Numbered from the stretch's first letter, positions 22,106 through 32,350 are shown. The stretch: DNA of 64,000 nucleotides from Candidatus Doudnabacteria bacterium (GCA_963840645.1 CAWIZL010000004.1:87121-151120), one strand, 5' to 3'. Notes: generated from the letters alone by a model not told the origin. Numbers and translations are program-made.

Positions 22106-23174
22106 CTATGAGGTCGTCGAGCTTGCCGTCGAGCACGCTGTCTGGGTCTGCTGTTTCGTAGCCAGTGCGGTGGTCTTCACCATCTTGTACGGGTGCAGCA
22201 CGTAGCTGCGAATCTGGTTCCCCCACTCTGGGCTGTGGAATTCCCCGCGGATTTCTTTGCGCTCGTCGTGCTGGCGCTGCTCTTCGAGTGCGAGCAGGCG
22301 CGCGGTGAGAATTTCCATTGCCTTTTCTCTGTTCTGGTGCTGGCTGCGCTCGTTCTGGATCGATACCTTGATGCCTGTTGGTATGTGGGTTATACGAATG
22401 GCAGAGTACGTTGTGTTCACGCTCTGGCCGCCGTGGCCTGATGACGTGTTCGCCTCTATCTTTAAATCTTTTGGGTCAACTGTGAAGTGGTCATCCTGGT
22501 TCATAAGTGGAAGAACTTCTACCAGTGCGAACGATGTCTCGCGCGTGTGAGCTGGGTTGAACGGCGAGAGCCGTACGAGGCGGTGCACGCCAGCTTCACT
22601 TCGCAGGAAGCCGTACGCGTTGTGGCCAAATATTTCAAGCGTGACAGATTTAATGCCAGCGTCGCCACCCTTTGACTTGTCTATGACTTCGACCTTGAAG
22701 TTTTTGCGCTCGCAGAAGCGTAGGTACATGCGCAGCAGCATCTCTGTCCAGTCTTGCGCGTCGCTGCCACCAGCGCCAGCGTGGATTGAGAGCACCACGT
22801 TGTGGTCATCGTACTTTTTTGAGAAAAAAGCTTCAATGCGCGCACCAGCGTACTTTTCGCGCAGCTCTGCGAGGTGGCTCTCAACGTACTGCTTTTCTTC
22901 GGCGTGCTCTGCGGTGTCGTCAATTTGCGACGCGAATGAGTACAGCTCTTCTGCTTTTGCCTGCAGGTCGTTCCAAAAATCTAGCTGCTCTTTGAGTGCG
23001 CTGTACTTCTCTGACTTTGCCTTCGCATTTGCCTGGTCATTCCAAAACCCCTCTGCCTGCATGTCAGCTTCGAGCTGCGTGAGCTGCTGCTGCTTTGCGG
23101 CAAGGTCAAAGTCGCTCCTTGAGGCTGGTGACCTCTGCCATGAAGGCCTGAATGTTTTTGAGGAGTTCGTGCAT
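22106..23174 (-). CDS. prfB: peptide chain release factor 2 with programmed +1 frameshift; an extra indel near the C-terminus
   Basis: [22 protein letters not shown], then CTT TGA C at 23105-23111 preceded by an AAGGAG-like SD. The +1 frame continues [22 protein letters not shown]... GGQ motif present. The C-terminal [19 protein letters not shown]... is in another frame near 22170. Confidence 0.9.
23105..23125 (-). promoter_or_regulatory. prfB: RF2 programmed +1 ribosomal frameshift site (internal SD plus CUU UGA C)
   Basis: Minus strand ...ctcaaggagcgactttgacc... Confidence 0.8.
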
Positions 23175-23177
23175 TGG

Positions 23178-23588
23178 TTATTTTAAGAGGAGCTTGGCCG
23201 CTTCGAGCGTAATTTTATCTGCCTCTACGCGCTCAACCAGCTCTTGCGCTGTAAGCCAGTCGTACGCATCGTGCTCGTCTGAGAGCACAATCTCGCCTGT
23301 CGCATGGCCAGTGTACGTAAGCCGTACAATGTGCAGGTCACGAGCCGGGATGAGGATGTCTTGCGCCAAGAGGATTTTTGGCTCCCCCCTGAGCATTGCG
23401 CCAATTTCTTCTGTTAGCTCGCGGCGTAAATTTTCCAGTAGGGGCTTGCCTGCCTCCATTCTGCCGCCGGGAATATCCCAGAGCTTACCTGCCATGTCTG
23501 GGTACTTTTCAACGGCACGGCGAATTACCAGGTACTTGCCCGTTTCCTCGTCTTGCAGAAAGATTTTTACTCCAACTTGGAAGGTCAT
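23178..23588 (-). CDS. NUDIX hydrolase
   Basis: [23 protein letters not shown] Nudix box. Confidence 0.8.
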   Translation of the reverse strand: MTFQVGVKIFLQDEETGKYLVIRRAVEKYPDMAGKLWDIPGGRMEAGKPLLENLRRELTEEIGAMLRGEPKILLAQDILIPARDLHIVRLTYTGHATGEIVLSDEHDAYDWLTAQELVERVEADKITLEAAKLLLK

Positions 23589-23655
23589 TTGCTAGGAATT
23601 AAATTCAATATATACTTAACCTAAAGCTTCTTAATTATACACGGAGATACACAGA

Positions 23656-24338
23656 ATGGCTAACCAATCGTACGAAATCGAGGTAAAGAGCTTGCTGGGA
23701 AGCAAGGATAATGCAGGTGCACTGGTTAAGGCAATGGAGGCAAAAGATTCAGAATTCAAAGTGCTCGGATCGCACACGCAGCTCAACCATTACTTCACGG
23801 GTGGCAGCTTGGAAAAAATTCATGAAAAGTTCAAGGACTCGTTGCGCAGTCGCACCGCGAACAGTTTGACGAGCTGTGCGCAAAGGCGAAAGATTTTTCA
23901 CTGCGCACGCGCCTCGCAGATGCAACTGTGCTTTTGGTTATCAAGGCTTCGATTGATGACACCACGAGCTCAAACGGAACTGCGCGCCTTGAGTTTGAAA
24001 ATATTTTCACCACCCTCACGATTGACGAGCTCGACGCCAAAATTTTAGAGTGTGGGTTTGAGTACCAGGCAAAGTGGTCACGCGAGCGTTCGGACTACCG
24101 CTACAAAGGCGCGAACGTGAGCATTGATAGGAACGCAGGTTACGGCTACCTATCAGAATTTGAGCTGATTGCCGAAGATCCGGCTCAGGCGGAGCCGCTC
24201 AAGGCAAAGATCAGGCTCATGATGGAGGAGCTCGGTATTCAAGAGCTTCCCCAAGATCGTCTCGCTAGAATGTTCGATTTCTACAACAAGAACTGGCAGC
24301 AGTACTACGGGACTGAGAATACGTTTAACGTTGAGTAG
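23656..24338 (+). CDS. CYTH-domain protein; frameshift near 23850-23950
   Basis: YEIEVKSLLG...NHYF in ORF 23656..24048. CYTH C-terminal half in ORF 23928..24338. Confidence 0.6.
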
Positions 24339-24705
24339 CATGAAAAGAATTTACGTTGCACACTCGCGGGATTCCGACTACCAGAAAGAACTGTACGACC
24401 CGCTGAGGTCTAGCGAATTGAACAGTGAGTTTGAAATTGTTTTGCCGCACGAGCGCAGCGCTAAACCGTTCAACAGCAGAGAAGAGCTGAAGACCATTGA
24501 CTACGTTGTGGCAGAAGTTTCGCAGCCTGCAACAGGGCTTGGGATTGAGATTGGCTGGGCAACAATGCTGGGCGTTCCCGTTGTCGCCGTGTACAAGGCA
24601 GGCGTAAAGCTTTCTGGATCAGTAAAGATGCTTGCCGCAACGACCATTGAGTACAGCACTTCTGAAGAATTAATCCAAAAGCTGGGTAGCTACCTAGCGA
24701 AGTAA
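24331..24705 (+). CDS. 2'-deoxynucleoside 5'-phosphate N-hydrolase (DNPH1/Rcl) / nucleoside 2-deoxyribosyltransferase-like
   Basis: IYVAHS...VVAEVSQPATGLGIEIGWATMLGVPVV matches the Rcl motif VAEVTQPSLGVGYELG. Confidence 0.6.
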   Translation: MSSMKRIYVAHSRDSDYQKELYDPLRSSELNSEFEIVLPHERSAKPFNSREELKTIDYVVAEVSQPATGLGIEIGWATMLGVPVVAVYKAGVKLSGSVKMLAATTIEYSTSEELIQKLGSYLAK

Positions 24706-24706
24706 A

Positions 24707-25462
24707 ATGCGACTCATTACATTAAATACGTGGGGTGGCAGGCTCAGCAAAGACTTGCTACCGTTCTTGGAAAAGCAAGCGCTGCTTACCGATGTGTTTT
24801 GTTTCCAAGAAGTGCACCATGGAGATGGGAAATACGAAAATGAGAAAGGCGTACTCACGGATTCTTTTGCAACGCTAGAGAAAATTCTAAGTGATTTCGC
24901 TGGTGCGTACACTCCATCTGTCATGGTAGACTTTGGCCCAGCAACGGCTCCCTACGGCATGGCAATGTTTGTGAAGAAAAACATTCAGGCGAGCTCACGT
25001 GGGGTATATGAAATTTTCAAACTTGATGAAGATGTGGGGCTGCCAGCTGGCATGAAGAACTGGGATCGTTTGATGCAGTACGCCACAGTGCCACTGGGTG
25101 ATTCAAACGTTACCGTATTCAACCTCCACGGCTTCTACGTTGGCGGCACCAAGGGTGATACCGATACTCGAATTGAGCAGTCAAAGCGCGTGAAGGCTTT
25201 CATGGACAAGCACCCAGGTGAAAAGATTCTCTGTGGCGACTTCAACCTTGACCCAGACACGAACAGCTTCAGGATGATGGGTGAAGGCCTGCGCGACCTC
25301 ATAAAGGAGAACGGCATTGAGTCTACGCGCAGCCACCACTACGATGGTGAAAAGCGTTGGGCAGACTACGTTTTGGTTTCTCCCGGTGTGCACGTTGAGA
25401 AGTTTGAGGTGCTCCAGGATGTTGTGTCAGACCACCTACCACTACTTTTAGAATTTAATTAA
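24707..25462 (+). CDS. endonuclease/exonuclease/phosphatase (EEP) family protein
   Basis: LNTWGG...FCFQEV...GDFNLDPDT...SDHLPL. Confidence 0.7.
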   Translation: MRLITLNTWGGRLSKDLLPFLEKQALLTDVFCFQEVHHGDGKYENEKGVLTDSFATLEKILSDFAGAYTPSVMVDFGPATAPYGMAMFVKKNIQASSRGVYEIFKLDEDVGLPAGMKNWDRLMQYATVPLGDSNVTVFNLHGFYVGGTKGDTDTRIEQSKRVKAFMDKHPGEKILCGDFNLDPDTNSFRMMGEGLRDLIKENGIESTRSHHYDGEKRWADYVLVSPGVHVEKFEVLQDVVSDHLPLLLEFN

Positions 25463-25469
25463 AAAACCA

Positions 25470-26436
25470 ATGACAGAAAAGCAGCACCCAGAGAAACAGT
25501 ACCTCGACCTGCTCCAAGACATCTTGGACAACGGCACAGAGAAGCACGACCACAACACTGGCAACTCGCTCACCAGCGTGTTTGGCCGCCAGATTCGCTT
25601 TGACCTATCGCAGGGCTTTCCCCTGCTCACCACGAAGAAGGTGTACTGGCACGGCGTGCTGCACGAGCTGCTCTGGTTCTTGAGCGGCCAGTCAAACATA
25701 AAGTACCTAGTAGACAACAACGTGCATATTTGGGATGACTACCCTTACAAAGACTACGTAAAGCTTGCTGCAAAAACAGGTTTGCCTGAGATGGAACCAA
25801 AAAACTTTCATTGAGAAGATTAAAACTGACGCAGAGTTTGCTGAAAAGTACGGAAACTTGCCAATGATCTACGGCCAGCAGTGGCGCATGTGGCCAGCAA
25901 AGAATGGCCGCACAATAGACCAAATTGCGTGGATCGTTGATACGGTGAAAAACTTTCCAGACAGAAAGCACGCTGTTTTGAGCGTCTGGAACCCAGAGTA
26001 CCTGTACGCAATGGCGCTTCCAGGTGAAGCACTCAGCTTTCCCCTCTGCCATATTTTGATCCACTTTAACGTCGCAAATGGCAAGCTATCAGTCCAGCTC
26101 TACCAGCGCAGTGCAGACATGTTCCTCGGTGTGCCATTCAACATTGCGAGCTACGCACTGCTCACGCACATTGTGGCGCACCTCGCGGGTTTAGAGGTTG
26201 GCGATTTCATTCATACGTTTGGCGATGCGCACGTGTATGCAAACCACGCTGAGCAGGCAAAAGAGCAGATGGCCAGGATTCCAAAGCCTCTGCCAACTAT
26301 TAAAATTAGCAGCGACCTGAAGAACCTCGATGACATTAAGCCAGAGCACATTACGCTCGAAGGCTACGACCCACACCCTCCAATTAAAGGAGAGCTCACC
26401 GTTGCCGGCGGCTTCAACGAAAAGGATCGAAAGTAG
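25470..26436 (+). CDS. thyA: thymidylate synthase; one frameshift near 25790-25815
   Basis: ORFs 25470..25814 and 25765..26436. ...[12 protein letters not shown]...[47 protein letters not shown]... Confidence 0.85.
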
Positions 26437-26915
26437 TGCGCACTAGCCTCATTGCAGCTGTCGCAGACAATGGCGTGATTGGAGTTGGCAATGAGTTGCC
26501 GTGGAAGATTCCTGCTGATACGAAACACTTCAAAGAGCTGACGACTGGTCACGTTGTCCTGATGGGCCGCAAGACATTCGAATCTATTGGCAAGCCACTG
26601 CCAAACAGGACAAACATTGTGGTGACACAATCTCCTACTTTTGTAGCTGAGGGCTGCACAGTGTGCCGCACAATTCCTGAGGCAATTGAAAAAGCACAGG
26701 AGCTTGGCGAGCAAGAACTGTTTGTTGTTGGCGGTGGTAAAATCTATGAAGAGACAATTGGAATGGCAGACCGCCTGTACATTACACAGGTGCACAGAAA
26801 CTATGACGGCGATGCAAAGTTTCCAGACTATAGCGCATTTAAAAAAGTAATCTCGCGAGAAGAGCACGAAGAGCCTGATGGTTTGAAGTATGAATTCCTG
26901 ACATTAGAAAAGTAG
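26436..26915 (+). CDS. folA: dihydrofolate reductase (GTG start overlapping the thyA stop)
   Basis: SLIAAVADNGVIGVGNELPWKIPADTKHFKELTTGHVVLMGRKTFESIG. Confidence 0.85.
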   Translation: MRTSLIAAVADNGVIGVGNELPWKIPADTKHFKELTTGHVVLMGRKTFESIGKPLPNRTNIVVTQSPTFVAEGCTVCRTIPEAIEKAQELGEQELFVVGGGKIYEETIGMADRLYITQVHRNYDGDAKFPDYSAFKKVISREEHEEPDGLKYEFLTLEK

Positions 26916-26932
26916 ACACCCAATTAAACCAT

Positions 26933-27568
26933 ATGGATAAAAATTATTTGTCACAATCAGAAAAAGCTGGAAACATGAAAGAAGTCGCACAGAGTGCCGT
27001 TATTCAAGAAGTTCAGGATTTTATCAAAGTGCAGTTTCAGGAGAACCCACACTTTAGCTACAATGACTGGACAGTCATGTACGACCATTCTGTGATGGTT
27101 AAAGATCTGGCACTCCAAATTGCACAGAGCGTACCTAACGTGGATATTGATGTGCTAGCGATCGGTGCTCTGCTGCACGATATTGGTAAAACTTACAAAG
27201 CAGATCCCGAGGTGCTGGCTGGACAACACCAATCCTTCAATCTAGATATTTCAAAAAGTACTCTTGAGAGACTCCCCCTTACAGAGTCCCAGCTCCAAAA
27301 GGCAGAAGAGTTGGTCACCTTTACCAGTAGTTCGCCTGAGCAGGGCATCATAAAAGATGCAGATGCTATTGCCCTCTACCTCGATAAGCGATTGAACATG
27401 CTTTTCATTGAGTGGGCTGTTGCTAACCACCTCAATTCAGAAATTCAAAGAAAGATCGATAAATTTTCAAAAATACATAATGAGGCTGCCAAACAACTAG
27501 GTCACGAAGCATTTGAGCAGATGAAAAAAGACTGGGATGCATACATCAAAGAACATGCTTCTGTTTAA
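26933..27568 (+). CDS. HD-domain phosphohydrolase
   Basis: LLHDIGK...DADAI. Confidence 0.65.
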   Translation: MDKNYLSQSEKAGNMKEVAQSAVIQEVQDFIKVQFQENPHFSYNDWTVMYDHSVMVKDLALQIAQSVPNVDIDVLAIGALLHDIGKTYKADPEVLAGQHQSFNLDISKSTLERLPLTESQLQKAEELVTFTSSSPEQGIIKDADAIALYLDKRLNMLFIEWAVANHLNSEIQRKIDKFSKIHNEAAKQLGHEAFEQMKKDWDAYIKEHASV

Positions 27569-27569
27569 G

Positions 27570-27597
27570 AAAAAGTAGCCCACGCGGCTACTTTTTC
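27570..27597. terminator. bidirectional terminator between convergent HD and dcd genes
   Basis: aaaaa-gtagcc-cacgc-ggctac-ttttt. Confidence 0.6.
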
Positions 27598-28216
27598 TTT
27601 GCCACGTTCTTTTTGTCTGGCTTATTTGTTCCAGCCCTGTTCTCCTTCGAAACCTCTTCAGACAGTTTCGATGCCCTGGCGTCTGTCTGGCGTGCGTACT
27701 TGTTGCCGATCTTCTTGCGGTACGGCACATCAACTTTGCTGGAGACCTCTTCGAACGTGAAGCTGCAGATGCGCATGCCTGGGTAGAGCGCCACTGGCAT
27801 GACGCCGAGGTTGCCGACTCCATTGTTGGTTTGCCTATCCAGCCTGGGTCAAACACTGATGCTGTGCCGTGCACAATGATGCCGAGCCTGCCAAGTGAGC
27901 TGCGGCCCTCAATGCGGCCGAGGATGTCGTCTGCGAGGTCAAGGTTCTCAACAGTGGTGACGAGGGCAAAGTCGCGCGGCTGCATGATGAACGGTTCGCC
28001 ATCAGGAATGATGATCTCCTTCATGAACTTGTTCGTGTCAACGGCAGTCTTGAGGTCAATGTACGGGAACTCAGAGTGCTTGAACACGCGGAAGTGATTG
28101 CCGAGGTGCAGATCTATTGAGCACGAGCCGAGCTGTACAGCAAGGTCTGGCGCTGGGCTTATTTTTATTCTGCCAGAATTTAGAGACTTTTTTATGTCAC
28201 GGTCAGAGAGAATCAT
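27588..28216 (-). CDS. dcd: dCTP deaminase; one frameshift near 27820; Lys-rich C-terminal tail
   Basis: MILSDRDIKKSLNSGRIKISP...FDPGWIGKPT in ORF 27497..28216. ...MPVALYPGMRICSFTFEEVSS continues in ORF 27588..27800. Confidence 0.8.
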
Positions 28217-28307
28217 GTGGTGGGGATAAGTATTTGCTTAATTGTAGCAGAAAACGGATAGTTGACAAAATCATTATCTTATTGTACGCTCCTTTTAGGA
28301 GGAGCCA

Positions 28308-28476
28308 AATGTTTACAAAGTGCTTCATTATATTCGTCGTGCTGGGTTTTGCTTTAACTGGTTTGGGTCTATTCGATCCACTTCGTTTCAGAATCCCAGG
28401 TTTGATCGGCATAGGCCTGTTTCTTGTTGCCCTTGTTATGGCTGTTACGAAAGGCGCAGACGAAATTTTGCAGTAA
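28308..28476 (+). CDS. 56-aa two-TM membrane peptide with strong SD (AGGAGG)
   Basis: MFTKCFIIFVVLGFALTGLGLFDP...GLIGIGLFLVALVMAVTKGADEILQ. Promoter-like TTGACA at 28262. Terminator downstream. Confidence 0.45.
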
Positions 28477-28490
28477 GCGCAGTTCAGCCG

Positions 28491-28537
28491 AAAAAAAGCC
28501 GCAGCTTAACCGCAGCGGCTTTCTTCTTTTCTATTTT
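28491..28537. terminator. bidirectional terminator (serves rplA on minus and the small ORF on plus)
   Basis: agccgc...gcggct stem, A-tract upstream, T-tract downstream. Confidence 0.5.
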
Positions 28538-29221
28538 CTACATCTTCACTTTGATCCCAGGCCCCATGCTGCTGTTCACGGTGATGCCCATGATGTACTG
28601 CTTCTTCACGACCTGAGGCTTTACAGCGTTCACGGCAGCTACGAACGTCTTGAAATTCTCGACGAGCTTTGCTGCATCAAAGTTTGCCTTGCCAATGATC
28701 TGGTGAATGTTGGCAGAGTCATCGTTCTTGAAGTCTACCTTGCCTGCGTTGATCTCGCGGATTGCATCGCCGATTTTATCGGTCACAGTGCCTGTCTTTG
28801 GGTTTGGCATGAGGCCGCGCTGGCCGAGCGTCTTTGCGATTGGTCCGAGGTTCTTCATGATAGCAGGCTCTGCAACAGCAACGTCAAAGTCTGTGGCTTG
28901 GGTTTCCTTGATCTTCTTGATGAGGTCATCGCCACCAACAATAGCTGCGCCTGCGTCACGAGCTTCTTTTTCCTTGCCCTCTGTGACGAACGCTGCTACG
29001 CGCTTTGTCTTGCCAGTGCCGTTTGGCAGCTTTATGGAACCGCGCACGCTCTGCTCTGTCTTCTTTGCGTCAATGCCGAGCTTCACGTGCACTTCGATTG
29101 AACCTACAAACTTTGTTGTAGAGGTCTTCACTGCCAGGGCAATAGCCTCTTCTGGCGTGTAGATCTTGCCAACCTCAACTTCTTTTGAATTTACCTTCTG
29201 GCGCTTGCTATCCTGTGACAT
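28538..29221 (-). CDS. rplA: 50S ribosomal protein L1
   Basis: MSQDSKRQKV...EAIALAVKTSTTKFVGSIEVHVKLGIDAKK. Confidence 0.9.
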   Translation of the reverse strand: MSQDSKRQKVNSKEVEVGKIYTPEEAIALAVKTSTTKFVGSIEVHVKLGIDAKKTEQSVRGSIKLPNGTGKTKRVAAFVTEGKEKEARDAGAAIVGGDDLIKKIKETQATDFDVAVAEPAIMKNLGPIAKTLGQRGLMPNPKTGTVTDKIGDAIREINAGKVDFKNDDSANIHQIIGKANFDAAKLVENFKTFVAAVNAVKPQVVKKQYIMGITVNSSMGPGIKVKM

Positions 29222-29295
29222 ATCGTCCTTTCGACTTAGTGGTACGAGCTTGGTGCGCACTTCGCGCCGTGCTCTCCCACGGTTAATTAAATTAT

Positions 29296-30057
29296 TTAAA
29301 CTTTATCCTGGCCTAGAAACTTCTGAATGTCCTGCACTGTGCTGAAGAACTGCGCTGGGAAAATAATTGTGGAGTTCTTCTCAACAGAGATCTCTGCCAT
29401 TGTCTGCAAGTTTCTCAGCTGCAGCGCAATTGGGTGCGCCATCATAATGTCAGCTGTGTCTGCCAGCTTCTGCGCTGACAGGAACTCGCCCTCAGCGGCA
29501 ATGATCTTTGCGCGCTTCTCGCGCTCTGCCTCAGCCTGCTTTGCAATCGCACGCTGCATGTCCTCTGGCAACTCAATGTCTTTGATCTCAACGATCGAGA
29601 CAATCACGCCCCACTCTTCTGTTACCGCATCGAGCTGGCTGGCAATTTCCTTGTTGATAGCCTCGCGCTGGCTCAGGATTTCGTCAAACTCAAACTTGCC
29701 AACAATGTTACGCACAGACGTCTGCGAGATCTGGTTGATGGCAGACATTACGTCTACAATTGCCACAATGCTCTTCACCGCGTCAATAATTTTGTAGTAC
29801 GCAACAGCTGACACATCAATAGAGACGTTGTCTTTGGTGATGATCTTCTGTGGTGGCACTGGCAGGGTCACCGTTCGCAGGTCTACGCGGCGCAGCTGCT
29901 CAATGTACGGGATGATGAAGTTCAGGCCAGGTTCACACGTACGTACAATTCTGCCAAAGCGGAACACAACACCCTTCTCAAACTGCTTGACCACTTTGAG
30001 GCCTGGCAGGACGATGAAGATAATAATGAAGAGAACAAGGTACACGAGAAATGTCAT
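29296..30057 (-). CDS. SPFH/band-7 (stomatin/QmcA-like) membrane protein inserted between rplK and rplA
   Basis: N-terminal TM. KVVKQFEKGVVFRFGRI...ITKDNVSIDVSAVAYYKI...EREKRAKII. Confidence 0.8.
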   Translation of the reverse strand: MTFLVYLVLFIIIFIVLPGLKVVKQFEKGVVFRFGRIVRTCEPGLNFIIPYIEQLRRVDLRTVTLPVPPQKIITKDNVSIDVSAVAYYKIIDAVKSIVAIVDVMSAINQISQTSVRNIVGKFEFDEILSQREAINKEIASQLDAVTEEWGVIVSIVEIKDIELPEDMQRAIAKQAEAEREKRAKIIAAEGEFLSAQKLADTADIMMAHPIALQLRNLQTMAEISVEKNSTIIFPAQFFSTVQDIQKFLGQDKV

Positions 30058-30082
30058 GCTGTTTGTCTTAGTTTGCGACCAG

Positions 30083-30508
30083 CTAGTCTATAACTTCGAC
30101 GCCCATTGAACGGGCAGAACCTTCAACGGTGCGCATTGCAGCCTCGATTGTGGTTGCATTGAGGTCTGGCATCTTGCGCTCTGCAATTTCGCGAACCTGG
30201 GCGCGGGTAATCTTGCCAACCTTGTTCTTGAGAGGGTTTGCAGAACCTTTTGCGAGGCCAATTGCCTTCATGATGAGCACTGGTGCTGGAGGCGTCTTGA
30301 GGATGAACGTGAACGTTCTGTCTTCGAAGATGGTGATCTCAGCTGGGACAGTGATGTCCCCCATTGGCGCTGTGCGCTCATTGAACTCTTTTGTGAACTG
30401 GGCAATGTTTATGCCGTGGGGTCCGAGCGCAGTACCAACCGGTGGCGCAGGAGTTGCCTTGCCAGCTGGGAGCTGTATCTTCACCATTGTTTTGATCTTC
30501 TTTGCCAT
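30083..30508 (-). CDS. rplK: 50S ribosomal protein L11
   Basis: [34 protein letters not shown]. Confidence 0.9.
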   Translation of the reverse strand: MAKKIKTMVKIQLPAGKATPAPPVGTALGPHGINIAQFTKEFNERTAPMGDITVPAEITIFEDRTFTFILKTPPAPVLIMKAIGLAKGSANPLKNKVGKITRAQVREIAERKMPDLNATTIEAAMRTVEGSARSMGVEVID

Positions 30509-30612
30509 ACGTGTGCGATGGTAGACCGCTATCTCGGCGATTACTCGCTTTGATTTTTTAGTGCGGTCGGGATCACAGGACTAATCCGTGACCAACCATT
30601 CCTTTCTATAAG

Positions 30613-30891
30613 TTAAGTAATTTTATCAACAGAATTATTGCTGCGTTCTAAATTTCTCTTGTGGCTTCCAGTTAATTCTACTATTAGCATGGCCAAGCAA
30701 ATAAGTGTTAGTAAGCCTCCTACCACCGTAACGAAGAGAAATTCAAATCCTATTCTAAACTGATTAGGAACTGCGTCTAAATTAGCAGGGGGAAGCATGT
30801 AATGTATTTGGGTAACTCCAAATACTATCAATATAATTCCTACTATCAAACCACTGATGTACCTAGGTATGTTACTCTTCGTGATCACCAT
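30613..30891 (-). CDS. 92-aa two-TM membrane protein, AT-rich, inserted between nusG and rplK
   Basis: ORF with two hydrophobic helices. No recognisable family. Confidence 0.35.
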   Translation of the reverse strand: MVITKSNIPRYISGLIVGIILIVFGVTQIHYMLPPANLDAVPNQFRIGFEFLFVTVVGGLLTLICLAMLIVELTGSHKRNLERSNNSVDKIT

Positions 30892-30896
30892 GGCCT

Positions 30897-31442
30897 CTAT
30901 GTTTTATGAACCTGTAAGAAATCCAGCTCAACAGGTGTCTCGCGTCCAAAGATAGACACCAGCACCTTCACCTTGCCCTTTGCCTCGTCAATCTCTGAAA
31001 CCTTGCCCTCGTAGTCTTTGAACGGGCCGTCCATGATGCGCACCAGGTCGCCGCTCGCAAAGTCTATCTTGTACTTTGGCTCGTCTACGCCCATGCGCTT
31101 CTGCAGGTACTTAATTTCCTCTTCAGAAATTGGCGATGGGATTGTGCCAGAGCCCACGAAGCCCGTGACGTTCGGCGTGTTGCGGACAACGTACCACGAG
31201 TCGTCGGTCACGATCATCTCAATGATGACGTAGCCTGGAAAAATCTTCTCCTCTACGGTGACGCGCTTGCCGTTGTGGATCTTGATCTTCTTTTCCTTTG
31301 GCACGATGACCTGGAAGATTTTGTCCTGCATGTCCATTGACTCAATGCGCTGCGTCAGGTTGAAGGCAACGCTGTCCTCGTAGCCTGAGTACGTGTGGAG
31401 CACGTACCAGTGCTTTTCCCCTGTGACCTGCTGTCGTGACAT
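30897..31442 (-). CDS. nusG: transcription termination/antitermination factor NusG
   Basis: WYVLHTYSGYEDSV...KOW motif GDLVRIMDGPFKDYEGKV. Confidence 0.9.
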   Translation of the reverse strand: MSRQQVTGEKHWYVLHTYSGYEDSVAFNLTQRIESMDMQDKIFQVIVPKEKKIKIHNGKRVTVEEKIFPGYVIIEMIVTDDSWYVVRNTPNVTGFVGSGTIPSPISEEEIKYLQKRMGVDEPKYKIDFASGDLVRIMDGPFKDYEGKVSEIDEAKGKVKVLVSIFGRETPVELDFLQVHKT

Positions 31443-31443
31443 T

Positions 31444-31986
31444 CTAGAATCTCCAGGCGCTCGCGAGCGCGATAATGATGAGTGCGATTTCTACGTAAAA
31501 GGTTGGCTTTGTGCTGTACGCTTTCATGAACCCCCACCAGAACTTGAGTGGATTTTTCTCGTTGCTCACGAACTCCCACTTGTTGTTTGCAACTGAGAAC
31601 ACCTTTGTGCTGAACGGCCAGAGCCACATGATGCCATAGTCAATGCTGTCGAGGATGAAGTGCAGCCAGGTACCAGTGAGCAGCATGATTGCCAGCGTCA
31701 TCTGGTATGGGTTTGGTGCGAGAGCGAACCAGATTGCTGAGCCGATTAGCCAGATAATTGGCGCGTGGGTCACGAATGCACGGTGGTTTGTCTTGCCGCC
31801 ATCGTTGAATGTGATGCCCCTTACCTTTGCAAAGGCGTAGAACATGTCAATGTCAGGCAGGACTGCTGCCAGCATGCCAAACTCCACAATTCGATGTTGC
31901 TGGAGCGCTGTGAGCTTGTAAGGAACAACTTTCAGGAGAACTTTTGCGGCCAGATAGCCGCTCGCCAAGTGGCCTGGTGGCAGCAT
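31444..31986 (-). CDS. membrane-bound metal-dependent hydrolase, YdjM/DUF457-like, inserted between secE and nusG
   Basis: HLASGYL, LPDIDMF, HRAFVTHAP and HFILDSIDYG motifs plus TM helices. Confidence 0.45.
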   Translation of the reverse strand: MLPPGHLASGYLAAKVLLKVVPYKLTALQQHRIVEFGMLAAVLPDIDMFYAFAKVRGITFNDGGKTNHRAFVTHAPIIWLIGSAIWFALAPNPYQMTLAIMLLTGTWLHFILDSIDYGIMWLWPFSTKVFSVANNKWEFVSNEKNPLKFWWGFMKAYSTKPTFYVEIALIIIALASAWRF

Positions 31987-31996
31987 CTAGGTTTGC

Positions 31997-32182
31997 TTAC
32001 CTGGTGACAATTCTCTGCACCAGCAGGATGAGGCCGTAGTCAGCTGCGCCGAGGATTGCGCCAATGACAGCTGAGAAAACAATGACGATTACCGTGTACT
32101 TCACAGTGGTTGCCCTGCTCGGCCACACAACCTTAGCCATTTCGTTCTTCACGTCAATGAAGTACTGGATGAGTTTGCCCAT
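31997..32182 (-). CDS. secE: preprotein translocase subunit SecE
   Basis: 61 aa single TM. KVVWPSRATTVKYTVIVIVFSAVIGAILGAAD. Confidence 0.85.
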   Translation of the reverse strand: MGKLIQYFIDVKNEMAKVVWPSRATTVKYTVIVIVFSAVIGAILGAADYGLILLVQRIVTR

Positions 32183-32350
32183 ATCGCGTTTTAAAAATTA
32201 GGCTTTTTTAAAAAGGCCGCGTGCCTTTTACTGAACTTATTGTAGCACAGCGCTGGTCTAGAATGCAAGGAGCTGAATTCTCCAAAATCCCCTGTTTTTA
32301 AGGCTTGTGAAGTTATGCACCGAAAGATTAAATCCGTATTAAAACACCTC

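Noticed and set aside
29267-29282. Hairpin ccgtg-GGAGAG-cacgg upstream of rplA as an L1-binding autoregulatory site
   Set aside because: It is suggestive, but I cannot verify it against an L1 leader consensus from memory. It is mentioned only as something to check under the secE-nusG-rplKA finding.
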